Source of the DNA: Macrostomum lignano
Taxonomy: Eukaryota
Reading direction: 5' to 3'
Assembly (NCBI GenBank): GCA_002269645.1
Contig: NIVC01000810.1
Span: 62,001 to 126,000 of the forward strand
Length of the DNA: 64,000 nt
Part shown: positions 1 through 19,520 of the stretch, piece after piece
Position numbering within the stretch: position 1 is the stretch's first letter
How the letters are laid out: every line of letters begins with the position of its first letter
Notes under the pieces: generated by a model
What the model was told of the DNA's origin: nothing
The model's input: only the letters and a program-made list of their open reading frames with translations
Databases searched by the model: none
Made by a program: the position numbers and the translations under genes

Positions 1-992
1 AACTCAATCTGAGACCTTGTATTATGAAACCTTTTTATTCTTCTTGTCTAGCTCAAATTCGTTTTTCGTTTCCGTACTGAAAATTGGCTCAGTTGTGGTT
101 GAAATAATTGACTGAATGCGACTTTGGATTTTAGTGGGCAGAATTCTGCCGTACATGTAAGCTATCAACTCTTTATATTAGCCATATGGCTAGCAGCAGA
201 GTTCCACCAACAACCTCCATCAAAGCCACAAAATTCAATAGTGTGTTTCGACTTTCGCCGATTTTATTACAGTAAAACAATTTATTACTGAACTTCCCAA
301 TTAGAAAATAACACTCAAACAATTAATGAAAACTGAAGGATTGGGGAAATAAAACAAAATGTCAACGTCACATGGTGTCGTAAATAAGGGCGAAAAATTA
401 ATGTTCATTTGCTATACTATTGTTAATAATACCCCGTAAATATTAGCTTTGTCCCCCAACCCTGGATGCATCAAGAAAAATTCCAGTGTTACGCCACCGA
501 TGTCACATTAAAGAAAAAGTGGAGCTCAGCCTCGGTTTTGAAATTATTGATAAAATATAGAATATATTCCGACTTAAATGCTCCGGTAAGTTACTAATTT
601 CTTTAAAAGAATACTTAGCATTCGCTGAATTCTAAAACAAGCTACTGTTGCTATCAATAAATTGAAAGATCTGAGGTATTTTTACGGCAGATTATAACTG
701 CCTATGTAAATGTACGTTAGATTTCAAATTCTAAACTGTTCAACAGGCTTCAGACAGAAATATTCGAACTTCCGCGTTAAGCATTTATCGCGTCCATTTT
801 AACAGCATTTACTTTAAAAACACACAGGCTCGCAATCTTATGTGAGATCCTGATTGATTAATTAGAGTAAATGTAAAAAATTATATATATAGAGCTCGTT
901 TGAAAAAAACAACTTGATTTTATCAAAAGTTTTAGTACTTATTTTCAATTTCCACTTCTCGAAATTTTACTTCTATGTTAAAAGTAAGCAAG

Positions 993-1068
993 GGTAAGGG
1001 GTAAAACACTACACCTGTTACCTGTTAGCCTGTTACCCCATTTTTCGGGTAGTGTTTTACCCCTTACC
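993..1068. mobile_element. 76-bp MITE, Mutator(MULE)-like
   Basis: Perfect 20-bp terminal inverted repeats GGTAAGGGGTAAAACACTAC (993-1012) / GTAGTGTTTTACCCCTTACC (1049-1068), flanked by a perfect 9-bp direct repeat GTAAGCAAG (984-992, 1069-1077). A 9-bp TSD is typical of MULEs. Confidence 0.75.
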
Positions 1069-1873
1069 GTAAGCAAGCATTATTTTTAAGGCCTATAAAA
1101 GGGAACGGCGTCACAAATCTCACGTCCTGCACAGACTTATATGTGCATTTGAAAATATTAAATGAAAAAAAGATTTTTTTTCTCATTTTCTTATTTATAC
1201 TCTGTTTCTCTTTATTTTACTGTATTTCAACAGCAGGTGCATGTGCATGCTAGTATGCTACCTGTACCAGATTCTTATTCAATGAATAAGTCTTATTCAT
1301 TGAATAATATACAATGCAATGTAAAATATAAAAGTAATTTTATTGGTAAATTTCTAAACTTATAAAAATGCTTTTCATTTTATAATTTTTGTGTTATCAT
1401 ACTACATAATATGAAGTCAAATTGTCATGCTACAAGACAAATTAAACTATTGGATGGGAATTATTCTTGACTATTTAATCCCTTTGCCTATCAAGCTCTA
1501 AATCGCATAGTTTGTTTAAATTAAATGGTGTATGTTGAAAAACATCACCCTATGATTTATTAATGTTAGGTCAAGTATATATTTATCAATATTTAAACTT
1601 CTATATATTGTATTAACTGTTAGGTACAAAAATAAATATAAAATACTATCCGCATGGTTTAATTATTTATGTTGATATTTTAATCAGTGTATAACTAGTA
1701 AAATTTAAAAATATGTTTACTTTTATACTTTTTACTTTAACTTTAACTTTACTTTATACTAAAAAGTAAAAAAAAGTTTTATTCAAAAAAATTAATCATC
1801 AGAAATAGTACTATATTTTAGTCTGGCCTATTAACTTTCCAGTTTCTACTCCCTCATCAGTGCTGAATTTAAA

Positions 1874-4800
1874 ATGGCATCAAGCAATGATGCCGGCAGC
1901 ACTGACCAACAAGGTGACAATGTACCATTGCTGCGACATCCGCACATAGTTGTTAGCCAGAACACTGTTGATGCTGGCAGTGAGGATGCTGCAGAAAGTG
2001 CTGATGCCACACCAGAGTCGGCAGTCTTTGAGGAACCGTCGTCGCCGTCAGCACCAAAACGATGTCGCTACGTGGAGAAGGAGATCCTTGAGACCGAACA
2101 AAGCTATCTTGCCGATATGTCCAAACTTGCAGAGTTCTTCCTGATGCAGCCACTGGGCAAGGAGTTTCCCACAGAAAAGGTTTGTGAAGATCTACTGAAA
2201 ATTGTCATTTAAAATCGCTTTAGTAGTGATGATTTATCTTAGGATTGCACGGCTCAGACAAAAGTTACAATCGCTTCATTAATATCATGGGGTGATTTTT
2301 CCTCAACGTTCTATTAGAGTCTCCCCTAAATCATCTGAGAGTTGACCAAAAACTATCTAAAAGATGACCCCTAGACTATCCAGGAGCCCCCCCCCCCTAG
2401 ACTATCCAAGAGAACCCCCTAGCCTATCCATGAGAATCGCCCCTAGACTATCCATGAGAATCGCCCCTAGACTATCCATGAGAATCGGTCCTAGACTATA
2501 CATGAGAATCGACCCTACTCTATCCATGAAAATCGCCCCTAGACTAGTCATGAGAATCGCCCCTAGACTATCTATGAGAATCGGCTCTGCCGCTCTATAC
2601 TATTCATTAGAATCGCCCTAGCCTTTCAATGAGAAACGCCCCTAGACTATACATGAGAATCGCCCCTAGACTATCCATGAGAATCGCCCCTAGACTATCC
2701 ATGAGAATCGCCCCTAGACTATCCATTAGAATCGCCCCTAGACTATCCATGAGAATCGCCCCTAGACTACCCATGAGAATCGCCCACAGACTATCCATGA
2801 GAATCGCCCCTAGACTATCCATTAGAATCGCCCCTAGACTATCGATGAGAATCGCCCCTAGACTATCCATTAGAATCGCCCCTAGACTATCGATGAGAAT
2901 CGCCCCTAGACTACGCATGAGAATCGCCCCTAGACTATCCATTAGAATCGCCCCTAGACTATCCATGAGAATCGCCCCTAGACTATCCATGAGAATCGCC
3001 CCTAGACTACCCATGAGAATCGCCCCTAGACTACCGATGAGAATCGCCCCTAGACTACCCATGAGAATCAAAAATACCTTCAACAACCCCTGCAAAGGTG
3101 CTGCTAAACCTGAACGAAGTATGCGAAGCGTCCCGCTCTCTGCTCGCCGACTTAGAAGCGGTTGCCAATGACAACACCGACGCATCAGGCAGCAGGGACA
3201 TTGGCCAGGTGTTCATCAAACACGGTGACAGAATCGCCACCGCCTACGTGCCGTTCTGCCGCGGCGTGAAGTCCGCGATCAAGAGGGCGGAGTCGCTGCA
3301 ATCTCAAAGCTCGCCGCTGGCTGACAAGATCGCCGAACGGATGAACTCCTTGGCGCCCGACTCTGGGTTTCAATTGGACTCGTTCCTCATCAAACCGCTG
3401 CAACGGATCACTCGCTACCCCCTGCTTCTCAGGGAGCTGCTCAAACAGGGCTGCCCTTATCCTCAATCTGTCAGTCAGGCTAGCGAGATCATCACCAACA
3501 CGCTTAGAAGGGTCAATGAGGAAGTTCGAGTGCACGAATTGCTGAGTCGGTTAGTTCTGAATATGCCTCTGGTGGAAATCATGCCTCAGTCACTGATGAG
3601 AATCATGCCTCAGTCACTGATGAAAATCATGCCTCAGTCACTGATGAGAATCATGCCTCAGTCACTGATGAGAATCATGCCTCAAGCACCCATGAGAATC
3701 ATGCCTCAGTCACACATGAGAATCATGCCTCAGTCACACATGAGAATCATGCCTCAGTCACACATGAGAATCATGCCTCAGTCACACATGAGAATCTTGC
3801 CTCAGTCACACATGAGAATCATGCATCAGTCACAGATGAATCATGCCTCAGTCATAGATGAGAATCATGCCTCAGTCATAGATGAGAATCATGCCTCAGT
3901 CATAGATGAGAATCATGCCTCAGTCATAGATGAGAATCATGCCTCAGTCACAGATGAGAATCATGCCTCAGTCACACATAAGAATCATGCCTCAGTCACA
4001 CATGAGAATTATGTCTCAGTCACATATAGGAATCATGTCTCAATCACACATGAGAATCATGCCTCAGTCACACATGAGAATCATGCCTCAGTCACATATG
4101 AGAATCATGCCTCACCCGCGGTTGCAGCTACCTGACCCCGGCTGACTGGCAGCAGCAGCAGCCGCAGCGAGCCCGCTGGGACAGCCTCGTCCACACTCTG
4201 GACAAGAAAGGCGGCCGCTGGGGCACCTTCGTTCAGGAGCGCCTGTCCGGCCATGTTTCGGCCACTGCGGATCCAAAGCTGCGTCATCAGGTTGGCCGGT
4301 TCATCGCCTGCCGCCAGCTAGTCGACACGGTGCTTCAGCAGTGCGGCCGACTTGGCCGCAAGACCCAGCGCTGCGTTCAGTCTCTGGCCGCCCTGCACCG
4401 CCAGTTGGCCAACTTCTCTCCGGCCGTGGCCGCTGAAGCTCCGTGGCCGGAGGCCGCTCTCTTGGACGAAGGTGCCGACGGTCGATGGGGCCGATTCACT
4501 TCAGACGCTGAGAAGCTAGTGTTCGAGCCGCTGCGGAGTCTGCAGGACTGCTTCTCTGGTGAGCTGGGAGTGGCTGGGGGAGCTGAGGTCATGTGCAAGG
4601 ACCTTTGAATGCATGGACTGGAAGAGCAGTACTGGCGGATCCTTGAAAAGTGTCTTTGAACTTGAAGCTACCATCCACTTTGGCTTCAAGCCTGAGAATT
4701 TAGTAGATGTCTGAACTACCTGAGGATTTAGTAGATGTCCTGAACTACCTGAGGATTGAGTAGATCTCCTAAACTACCTGAGGATTGAGTAGATCTCCTA

Positions 4801-7800
4801 AACTACCTGAGGATTGAGTAGATCTCCTGAACTACCTGAGGATTTAGTAGATGTCCTGAACTACCTGAGGATTGAGTAGATCTCCTGAACTACCTGAGGA
4901 TTGAGTAGATCTCCTGAACTACCTGAGGATTGAGTAGATCTCCTGAACTACCTGAGGATTGAGTAGATGCCCTGAACTACCTGAGGATTGAGTAGATCTC
5001 CTAAACTACCTGAGGATTGAGTAGATCTCCTAAACTACCTGAGGATTTAGTAGATGTCTGAACTACCTGAGGATTTAGTAGATGTCTGAACTACCTGAGG
5101 ATTGAGTAGATCTCCTAAACTACCTGAGAATTTAGTAGATGCCCTGAACTACCTGGGGATTTAGTAGATGTCTGAACTACCTGAGGATTGAGTAGATCTC
5201 CTAAACTACCTGAGAATTTAGTAGATGCCCTGAACTACCTGGGGATTTAGTAGATGTCCTGAACTACCTGAGGATTTAGTAGATGCCCTGAACTACCTGA
5301 GGATTTAGTAGATGTCCTGAACTACCTGAGAATTTAGTAGATGTCTGAACTACCTGAGAATTTAGTAGATGCCCTGAACTATGCAATACCTGAGGATTTA
5401 GTAGATGTCCTGAACTACCTGGGGATTTGTGGAAGTGTCGCTCGTCGAACAAATAGTAAGAAAATAAACGTCAACACAAACATAAAAAGTAAACTTTGTT
5501 TAATTCTAGCCAACGCGTTTCGTCAAACACTAGACGAATTAGTGACGAACACTAAACTACCTGAGGATTTAGTAGATGCCCTGAACTACCTGAGGATTTA
5601 GTAGATGCCCTGAACTACCTGAGGATTTAGTAGATGCCCTGAACTACCTGAGGATTTAGTAGATGCCCTGAACTACCTGAGGATTTAGTAGATGCCCTGA
5701 ACTACCTGAGGATTTAGTAGATGCCCTGAACTTCCTGAGGATTTCCCATCTAAGGCACTGATAGTTGTTAAAGCTATTTACCTATATTTAAAAAAACTAA
5801 ATTCATTCAATAAATTTACGCGTAGTTAGAAACTAGAAAACTAGAAATTCAAGCCTATGAAATTAAAGTCTTGAAAGCTTAGCAAGGTTGCCAGGTACGA
5901 GATTGTTTACCTAGGCCCCTTGCAAGTGCATCAACCCTCTCTCAATGCAACAGTTTTAACTAATGAATTCCATTTGCACACGGAATAGAAATTCTGAAAA
6001 GCGAAGTTAGTCAGTACTTTATAATACTGAATCCAGTTAGTTAAGCCAGGTAAATTATGAATTGGAATCTGCCTTTTTTCTCTTGCAACTTTATAAGCGA
6101 AGTTCATCAATTCCGCGTGGCAGAGTTTTGCAATGTGCTTTGTAAATTTAGAAACTAAAAAACACAATTTGGAAACTTATAAAATTCCTTAGCTGTGTCT
6201 GGGGCTGAAATATTCAGGGAAAGAACGAATGCTGTGACAGACACTGAGACAGGCACTGCGACAGGCACTGAGACAGACACTGAGACAGACACTGAGACAG
6301 ACACTGAGACAGGCACTGAGACAGACACTGAGACAGACACTAAGGACAGACACTAAGGACAGACACTAAGACAGGCACTGAGACAGACACTGAGACAGAC
6401 ACTGAGACAGGCACTGAGACAGACACTGAGACAGACACTGAGACAGAAACTGAGACAGACACTGAGACAGACACTGAGACAGACACTAAGGACAGAAACT
6501 GAGACAGACACTGAGACAGACACTGAGACAGACACTAAGGACAGACACTGAGACAGGCACTGAGACAGACACTGAGACAGGCACTGAGACAGACACTGAG
6601 ACACACTGAGACAGACACTGAGACAGGCACTGAGACAGACACTGAGACAGGCACTGAGACAGGCACTGAGACAGACATTGAGACAGACACTGAGACAGAC
6701 ACTGAGACAGACATTGAGACAGACACTGAGACAGACACTGAGACAGGCACTGAGACAGACATTGTTGACAGACACTGAGGCAGACACTGAGACAGACATT
6801 GAGACAGACACTGAGACAGGCACTGAGACAGACACTGAGACAGACACTGAGACAGACACTGAGACAGGCACTGAGACAGACACTAAGACAGACACTGAGA
6901 CAGGCACTGAAACAGACACTAAGACAGACACTGAGACAGACACTGAGACAGACACTGAGACAGATACTGAGACAGACACTGAGACAGACACTGAGACAGA
7001 CACTAAGGACAGACACTGAGACAGGCACTGAAACAGACACTAAGACAGACACTGAGACAGACACTGAGACAGATACTGAGACAGACACTGAGACAGACAC
7101 TAAGGACAGACACTGAGACAGATACTGAGACAGACACTGAGACAGACACTAAGGACAGACACTAAGGACAGACACTGAGACAGGCACTGAGACAGACACT
7201 GAGACAGGCACTGAGACAGACACAAAGAAATACTAAGATAGACCCACCAGTGAACACATGGTTCCAAGACAGCAGTAAGCCCCTCATACTTAGCGCAGAG
7301 AGATGGGTGCACCAGCCCCCTAAGCAAGGCAAACACGAGCGGGCTGCCTTCAGTGCAGGCCCGCTTCCTAACGCCAGTTATTTGCGAAGTTCATCAAGCA
7401 TTCACCGAAATTCTTTCCAACCCCCCGCCCGGCGCAGGCCCGCAGCGCCTGATCGACGCGTGCGAGCGCAAACGCCTCGACTACGAGCGCGTCCTGCGCC
7501 GCTCCCAGCCCGACCCCATGGCCGAGGACGCGGCTAGGCAAGATTTCGCCGCCCTGAGCGGCCGACTCAAACAGGAGCTGCCAGATTTGATCAGCTTGTC
7601 AATCCAGCTGCTGGTCAGGTCTGTTGTCTGCTTCCTGCGCTTGTTGCAGTCGGCCAGTACTCAAGCTCGTCTGCTTCTAAAAGAAGCTTTTCCAAGCGAT
7701 ATCTGCGAGCTGACGCCCCCAATAGAGCAGGAGCTGGACGCCTGGCTGCAGCGCTTGGCAGCTCTCCCGACTCTTGCCGAGGCCTCCCTACTGCAGGAAG

Positions 7801-9173
7801 TCGACGAAGAGTCCGCAGCTGACGGCGGCGGTGGCGACGAGGATGCGGCAGATTCGGCATCGCCCGCCACTCCGGGATTCAGGCCGGCTTCGGCGATCCG
7901 GCAGAGTGATGAGCTGCGGCAGCGGCTGGTCGGCAAGTACAAGATGTCCCAGCTGCGGCGGGTGGTCCGCGAGCATCTCGGCTGCTCCGCTAAACGAGAA
8001 GTGGACGCGTGCCAGGTGAGTGAGACAGGGTGGCTGATGGTGACGATGTCTCAAGTGACAGACCCATGGAGAGGATAGCGGCCTCTCAAACGGCTATCAA
8101 AGACCCACGGAGAGGGTAGCGGCCTCTTAAACGGCTATCAAAGACCCACGGAGAGGGTAGCGGCCTCTCAAACGGCTATCAAAGACCCATGGAGAGGGTA
8201 GCGGCCTCTTTAATGACAATCAAAGACCCATGGAGAGGGTAGCGGCCTCTCAAACGGCTATCAAAGACCCACGGAGAGGGTAGCGGCCTCTCAAACGGCT
8301 ATCAAAGACCCACGGAGAGGGTAGCGGCCTCTCAAACGGCTATCAAAGACCCACGGAGAGGGTAGCGGCCTCTCAAATGACAATCAAAGACCCATGGAGA
8401 GGGTAGCGGCCTCTCAAACGGCTATCAAAGACCCACGGAGAGGGTAGCGGCCTCTCAAATGACAATCAAAGACCCATGGAGAGGGTAGCGGCCTCTCAAA
8501 TGACAATCAAAGACCCACGGAGAGGGTAGCGGCCTCTCAAATGACAATCAAAGACCCATGGAGAGGGTAGCGGCCTCTCAAACGGCTATCAAAGACCCAC
8601 GGAGAGGGTAGCGGCCTCTCAAATGACAATCAAAGGCCCATGGAAAAGTTACGGCACCATAAAACGAGAGATTACAGTCATGTCTCCTTGCCCGACCAGG
8701 GAGATCTCGTGGCCGTCCTGATGGCCTCCTACCCGTCCAGAACGAGCCACTCTCTGGTGGACACCGGCTCTGCAAGCGGCCTGCTGCCAGCTGAGCTGCT
8801 TTCCACCCGCGAGCTGGCCTCCGCGCTGCCGAAGCCCGAGAAGCAGCCGGCCACCATCTGGTACGTGGATCCTGAGCAGGTGTTTTCCCACCTGCTGCAC
8901 CTGCCGCCATCCTACGACGAGTCCACCAGGACTGCCGCTCCCCCGCAAGCCAACCCGCGCCCCAGCCCGCGCACCAACTTGAATCAGCCAAAACCTCGGC
9001 TGCCGCCTCTTCCTCAGCTACCGGAAGAGGCCCGTCTGCCAGTCCAGCAGCAGCTGATGTCGGAGCTGCAGCAGCGCCTGCGCCAGCAGTTCGATGTCGA
9101 GGCGATGCTGGAAGCCACAATGGACTCTGTCAGTCTGGATTCCATTTTGGACCAGGCAGAGAACTCTCATTGA
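1874..9173 (+). CDS. DNMBP: RhoGEF with DH-BAR-SH3 architecture (dynamin-binding protein/Tuba, ARHGEF37/38 family); 5 exons: 1874-2179, 3098-3549, 4128-4558, 7438-8015, 8700-9173
   Basis: All junctions are GT-AG and frame-compatible (phases 0,2,1,0). DH motifs: YVEKEILETEQSYLADM and FLIKPLQRITRYPLLLRELLK. BAR: FSGPQRLIDACERKRLDYE...ARQDFAALSGRLKQELP. SH3 split across exons 4/5: LRRVVREHLG...|GDLVAVL...LVDTGSASGLLPAELL. No PH domain after DH, as in this family. The symbol is family-level: there are no N-terminal SH3s, so the architecture is closer to ARHGEF37/38. Confidence 0.88.
2365..3068. repeat. 24-bp minisatellite (ATGAGAATCGCCCCTAGACTATCC)n in RhoGEF intron 1
   Basis: Direct tandem units; source of the spurious MRIAPRLS ORFs. 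Confidence 0.95.
3576..4114. repeat. 24-bp minisatellite (ATGAGAATCATGCCTCAGTCACAC)n in RhoGEF intron 2
   Basis: Tandem units ending about 13 nt before the acceptor at 4127. Confidence 0.95.
4690..5735. repeat. 29-bp minisatellite (GAGGATTTAGTAGATGTCCTGAACTACCT)n in RhoGEF intron 3, interrupted by ~125 bp of unique sequence at ~5430-5555
   Basis: Tandem units visible directly. Confidence 0.95.
6235..7222. repeat. 12-bp minisatellite (GAGACAGACACT)n in RhoGEF intron 3
   Basis: Tandem units; source of the TETD/VSVS/CLSV ORFs. Confidence 0.95.
8060..8645. repeat. 41-bp minisatellite (GGAGAGGGTAGCGGCCTCTCAAACGGCTATCAAAGACCCAC)n in RhoGEF intron 4
   Basis: About 14 tandem units with two variant cores (ACGGCTAT / ATGACAAT). 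Confidence 0.95.
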
Positions 9174-10799
9174 GCTCCCTTGGGTGTTTTTTAATGGGCC
9201 AGAATGATGATTTTTACAGGTAATGAAAAGTTCCAAAGTAGGGTTGATGACGTATTACATTTATGTGCTTATTGAAATTTTGTCTTGTTGATTTAGCACA
9301 GATTTTGGCATTCTGATGCAGTTTTGCCAGTAGAAACGGTTGCTGGAGTTCAAAAAAATTTGATCTTTGATTGTACTTATTATACGATATGTTGAGATTT
9401 GTTGTCACAAATTTGATGTGTTATCATGTATAACTTAGGTGGTATTTTGTTTACCCTGAGATTTTTGTACTTCCTGCTGAGTTATACTTTCATTTCTAAT
9501 TCTATTCAGTGCATTGTGCTCTTTTAATCAAGTTGACAGAACCCGAGCTTCACAGGTGATTCCTTAAATTATTCAGTATGTCATCAATCGTGTGATGTTT
9601 TAGCCAATTTACATTTTAGCTGTGTTAACTTCTACCTTTATTCAGTATTATATTGTTAGCTCAGTTGTAGTTTCATCTGTCACTGACCTCTCTTAATCAC
9701 TAATTGATTAATTGATTAATTAGTTCAATATTTTTGTTAACTCTGATTCCTCATTGTAAAACCCTATTTTATTTAGCTCTGTTTTGGTGCTATGATGTTT
9801 TTTTCCGGCAATAAAATAAAAATTATTATCATGATTATAGCATGATACAATTGGACACAATTTATCTGCATTGGTTTGCAAGAACTTTTCCTAAAATTAA
9901 GTTTTCAATCATAAATAAATGTTTATAGCTCGTAGGTCAGATATACAAAGACGGCAACAATATCAACGTGCCTAGGAAACCGCTCAGCACTTTACGGCTA
10001 GCCCTATTGTAGAGCTGGCATAGTCAATTTAAATATAGCTCAAATTGAAAATATTTTCATCTCTGTCTGTCCACTTCAAATCAACAGGAATTTATGATGG
10101 CTGTCATCGATATATACTCTACGGTCCTAAACACACGCACGTGGATTATTATAACTTTACAATCTGTGTTTACACGTGGTAAACATTTTATACCTTAAAT
10201 AGCAAGTTTTTCGAGTCAGTAATAACTGATCCATTCACCCCAGACCGCGGGAAGGGGCTGCTTCATCACCTATAGAAACTTTTGGAGACTCTTGAGGAAT
10301 ATAGATGGCCTACTCATTCAAACAAAAATGGTACATTGTTTGTACATTATTAATGTACAACTTCGATATCGGTGAGTACCTGTAGTCTGTTGTTGAATTA
10401 ATAAAACTGGTGAAGCACAGGCCGGGGTTCGATTCACAAGGGCCAGCAAGCCAACACGTTTTGGACTTTGGTTTTAGAAAAAAGCCAACGATAAATATGA
10501 ATGAATGCAGCTCATTCTGTCTCTGGTAAGGTTTTTTGCCTGGGCAGATCATCCTCTTCTGAGCATGTCTCTGGTAAAATCTGTTTGATTTTAAAGGGAA
10601 AACTTGTAACGTCTGACTCAGGCGCCCACGACCCCTGGTTCGATTCGAGAGTACAAGCGTACATGTCTGACGATTAGAAAGCCAGGGGGTCGCTGTACAC
10701 CCTGAGTGAGCGTGTGCATGGAATTGCCTCAGTGCGCGTTGGTTGTGGGAAGATGTCGTCAAAGTTACCAACAGGAAAGTGCTGCCATCCTATTCCTAT

Positions 10800-11165
10800 G
10801 GAACTACCTTTAATACATGTCTCATCCCTATTTTGTTTCAGTTAGAGACAATGGGTCCATGTGCACCCTGGTGCACTTTAAGCGACATTGTCACACAACC
10901 GGCGAGAGGCACTGCTGCCCATTCCGCCGACTCCCCTGAGCAGGCACACAAGCGCGCGGATACGTACGCAGTCATACGCACAGGCACACACTCACACAGG
11001 AGTGCACAGCGGCCCTAACTTTATTTATCGTTAGGTATATACACTTCGTTACGCGTTAATTGCACTAGCAGAGCCAAGCCCAGATTCCAATTTAGCCCTA
11101 AATTAATGTGACTGCACTTGGAATCGAGCCTGGGCCGCTGGCGCATCAGAGCTGGGCTACGGTCG
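10800..11165 (-). mobile_element. tRNA-derived SINE, family B (copy 1)
   Basis: Clearly homologous to 48545-48930. The minus-strand head has A-box (TAGCCCAG) and B-box-like (GGCTCGATTCC) Pol III motifs. Confidence 0.7.
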
Positions 11166-11305
11166 CTCTTGTTACATCCCTTTTGCCTGGAGCATTTGGA
11201 AAGATGAATCGCGGTTTCTTCAAATACAATAATTTTCTAAGGATCCTCTTATTCTTCTCAAGGAGGCTGCTCGTTCCTTGGAACTTAACCAACCAGTCTA
11301 TACAG

Positions 11306-17568
<6,263 letters not shown>

Positions 17569-17828
17569 CACAAAACGAAATTGATTCGAGACTTCATGAA
17601 GCTTAAATTGAAACTGGACATTGTTGATGCCTTCTCGAGGAAAACGCTTGCAATTATTTCGCATATTCTGAATATTTAATAACACTTTTTAAGAGGCTTG
17701 TAAACTCAAACTGAAGCTTAGTTATCCAGGCTAAATTCTCTTCATTTTTAAACCGCCTCAAACACTTTTACTCATGTCTATCTACTCGTATTACTTTCCT
17801 ACCTTATTTATTCATGTACCAGCTATAT

Positions 17829-18166
17829 CAGAGGTCTGCAAACGTTTTTGTATCAAGAGCCAGATATTAAATCCAGCTCATGGCTTCGGGCCAGACGAGA
17901 ATTGAAAGAGGAGAGAATACAAAATTTGAAATGAGAGAGGAGAGAAAGGGCGAGAGATGGGTTGAAAGAAGAGATACGATAGAAGATAAGAGGAGAAAAG
18001 ATTGAAGAGAGGGAAGAGAATAGGAGAATAGAGAGGAGATAAGAGAAGGGGAGATGAGCGAGGAGAGAAGAGAGACGAGAGACGAGAGCGGAGACGAGAG
18101 AGGAGAGAAGAGAGGAGAGAAGAGAGGGGAGAGAGAAGGGAAGAGGAGAGAGGAGAAAAGAGAGGG

Positions 18167-18212
<46 letters not shown>

Positions 18213-18395
18213 GAAGGGAAGAGGAGAGAGGAGAAAATAGAAGGGCAGAGGAGAGAGAGCAGAGAAGAGAGAGGAGAAGAGAGCTGAGAAGAGAGAGAAA
18301 CAGGATTGCTATTGTGAAGTTTCAAAAAACCCCGGGGCCGTATCGAGAAGCTTCGTGGCCAGATGCGGTCCGCGGACGGAGTTTGCAGACCCCTG
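17829..18395 (+). mobile_element. hAT-like non-autonomous DNA transposon with purine-rich interior
   Basis: TIRs CAGAGGTCTGCAAAC / GTTTGCAGACCCCTG; imperfect 8-bp flanks AGCTATAT/ATTTATAC. Confidence 0.7.
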
Positions 18396-19099
18396 ATTTA
18401 TACGTATCGCTCCGAGTCGAAGATACTCCTAGCTGGATTTATGTATTTATGCCATATTTAATTAAATGAATTCCTGTTTCGAATTAAAATATATCCATAA
18501 AAGTACATAAGAAAGTACTTGGAGTTTGACCGACAATATTCGACTTTATTGAAGCGACATTAAGTAAAGCTTTACCTGCTTTGCTATGCATGTTTGAAGA
18601 ACGTAGGCTAATTTGGCTACTTTCAGCAGCGTGTTTAGCGTATTTATTTAAATTATTAAAAAAGTGTTGCTAGACTGTTGACGGAACCTGGAGTCGATGA
18701 ACAAATAAAATACAGATAGCAAGACTTCGCAAAGATGGAAAATTTTGATTTATAAAATATTAAAAAGGGCCTGTTAGATATGTATATACTCGTACTTGTG
18801 TATTGCTACATCAATTTTCTTTTAAATTTCTCTTGACGATACTGATTAGCTCGTATTAATAAACTTGAGGATATAAATCTACAAGCTGTTGAAACCCGGG
18901 GAATTCCGATTCCTGGAAATATTTGTGCATGTGCTCTGAGATCTGAGGCCATACTCAAGCAAAAACTTGTTAATAGTTAGTAGGATAGAGTAAACATAAA
19001 ATGGAGTACATTCGTGTAAAATTAGGATTTGAGGCAAACATTTGATATTGTTGGCTGGGGTACGTGCTGCGCAGAATGTCGGGCAATGTCTGTCTGACT

Positions 19100-19440
19100 C
19101 TAAAACATGTATTGGCAAACTCTGGCCTCCGCCTCTGACTCTCAACTTGTATCTTGTATCTGACTCTCAACTCAACTTGGATTGCAACTTGTATCTTCTC
19201 TTCTGTTTCCTCTCTTCTTTCTCGTCCCTCGTCTCTCCTTTCTTCTCTTTCTCCTCTCCTCTCTCCCCCTTTTCTCTCGTCTCTTTCCTCTCATCTCTTT
19301 TCTTGTTTTATCTCTCCTCTCTCCCCTCGTCTCTCGTCTCTTCCCTCACCTCTCTTCTCTCTCGTCTGCTCTCTCATCTCTCCTTTCTCTTCTTTTATCT
19401 TTTCTCTCTTATCTCTTCTCGTTTCTCTCTGCTCTGCTCT

Positions 19441-19520
<80 letters not shown>

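Noticed and set aside
2243-2291. Possible extra RhoGEF exon after TTATCTTAG
   Set aside because: Its phase does not fit the phase-0 join of 2179 to 3098, which already gives a continuous DH helix.
2364-4145. Long MRIAPRLS / MRIMPQSH / ENHASV ORFs, including the C-terminal half of the 345-aa ORF
   Set aside because: Translations of 24-bp intronic minisatellites. The real exon ends at the GTTAGT donor at 3550.
6155-7116. TETD/VSVS/CLSV repetitive proteins (mucin or antifreeze-like)
   Set aside because: 12-bp intronic repeat that is open in several frames on both strands.
9930-10480. Candidate signal/lectin exons for G1
   Set aside because: Several GT-AG bounded open stretches exist, but I could not join them in frame or align them convincingly to the G2-G5 lectin exon.
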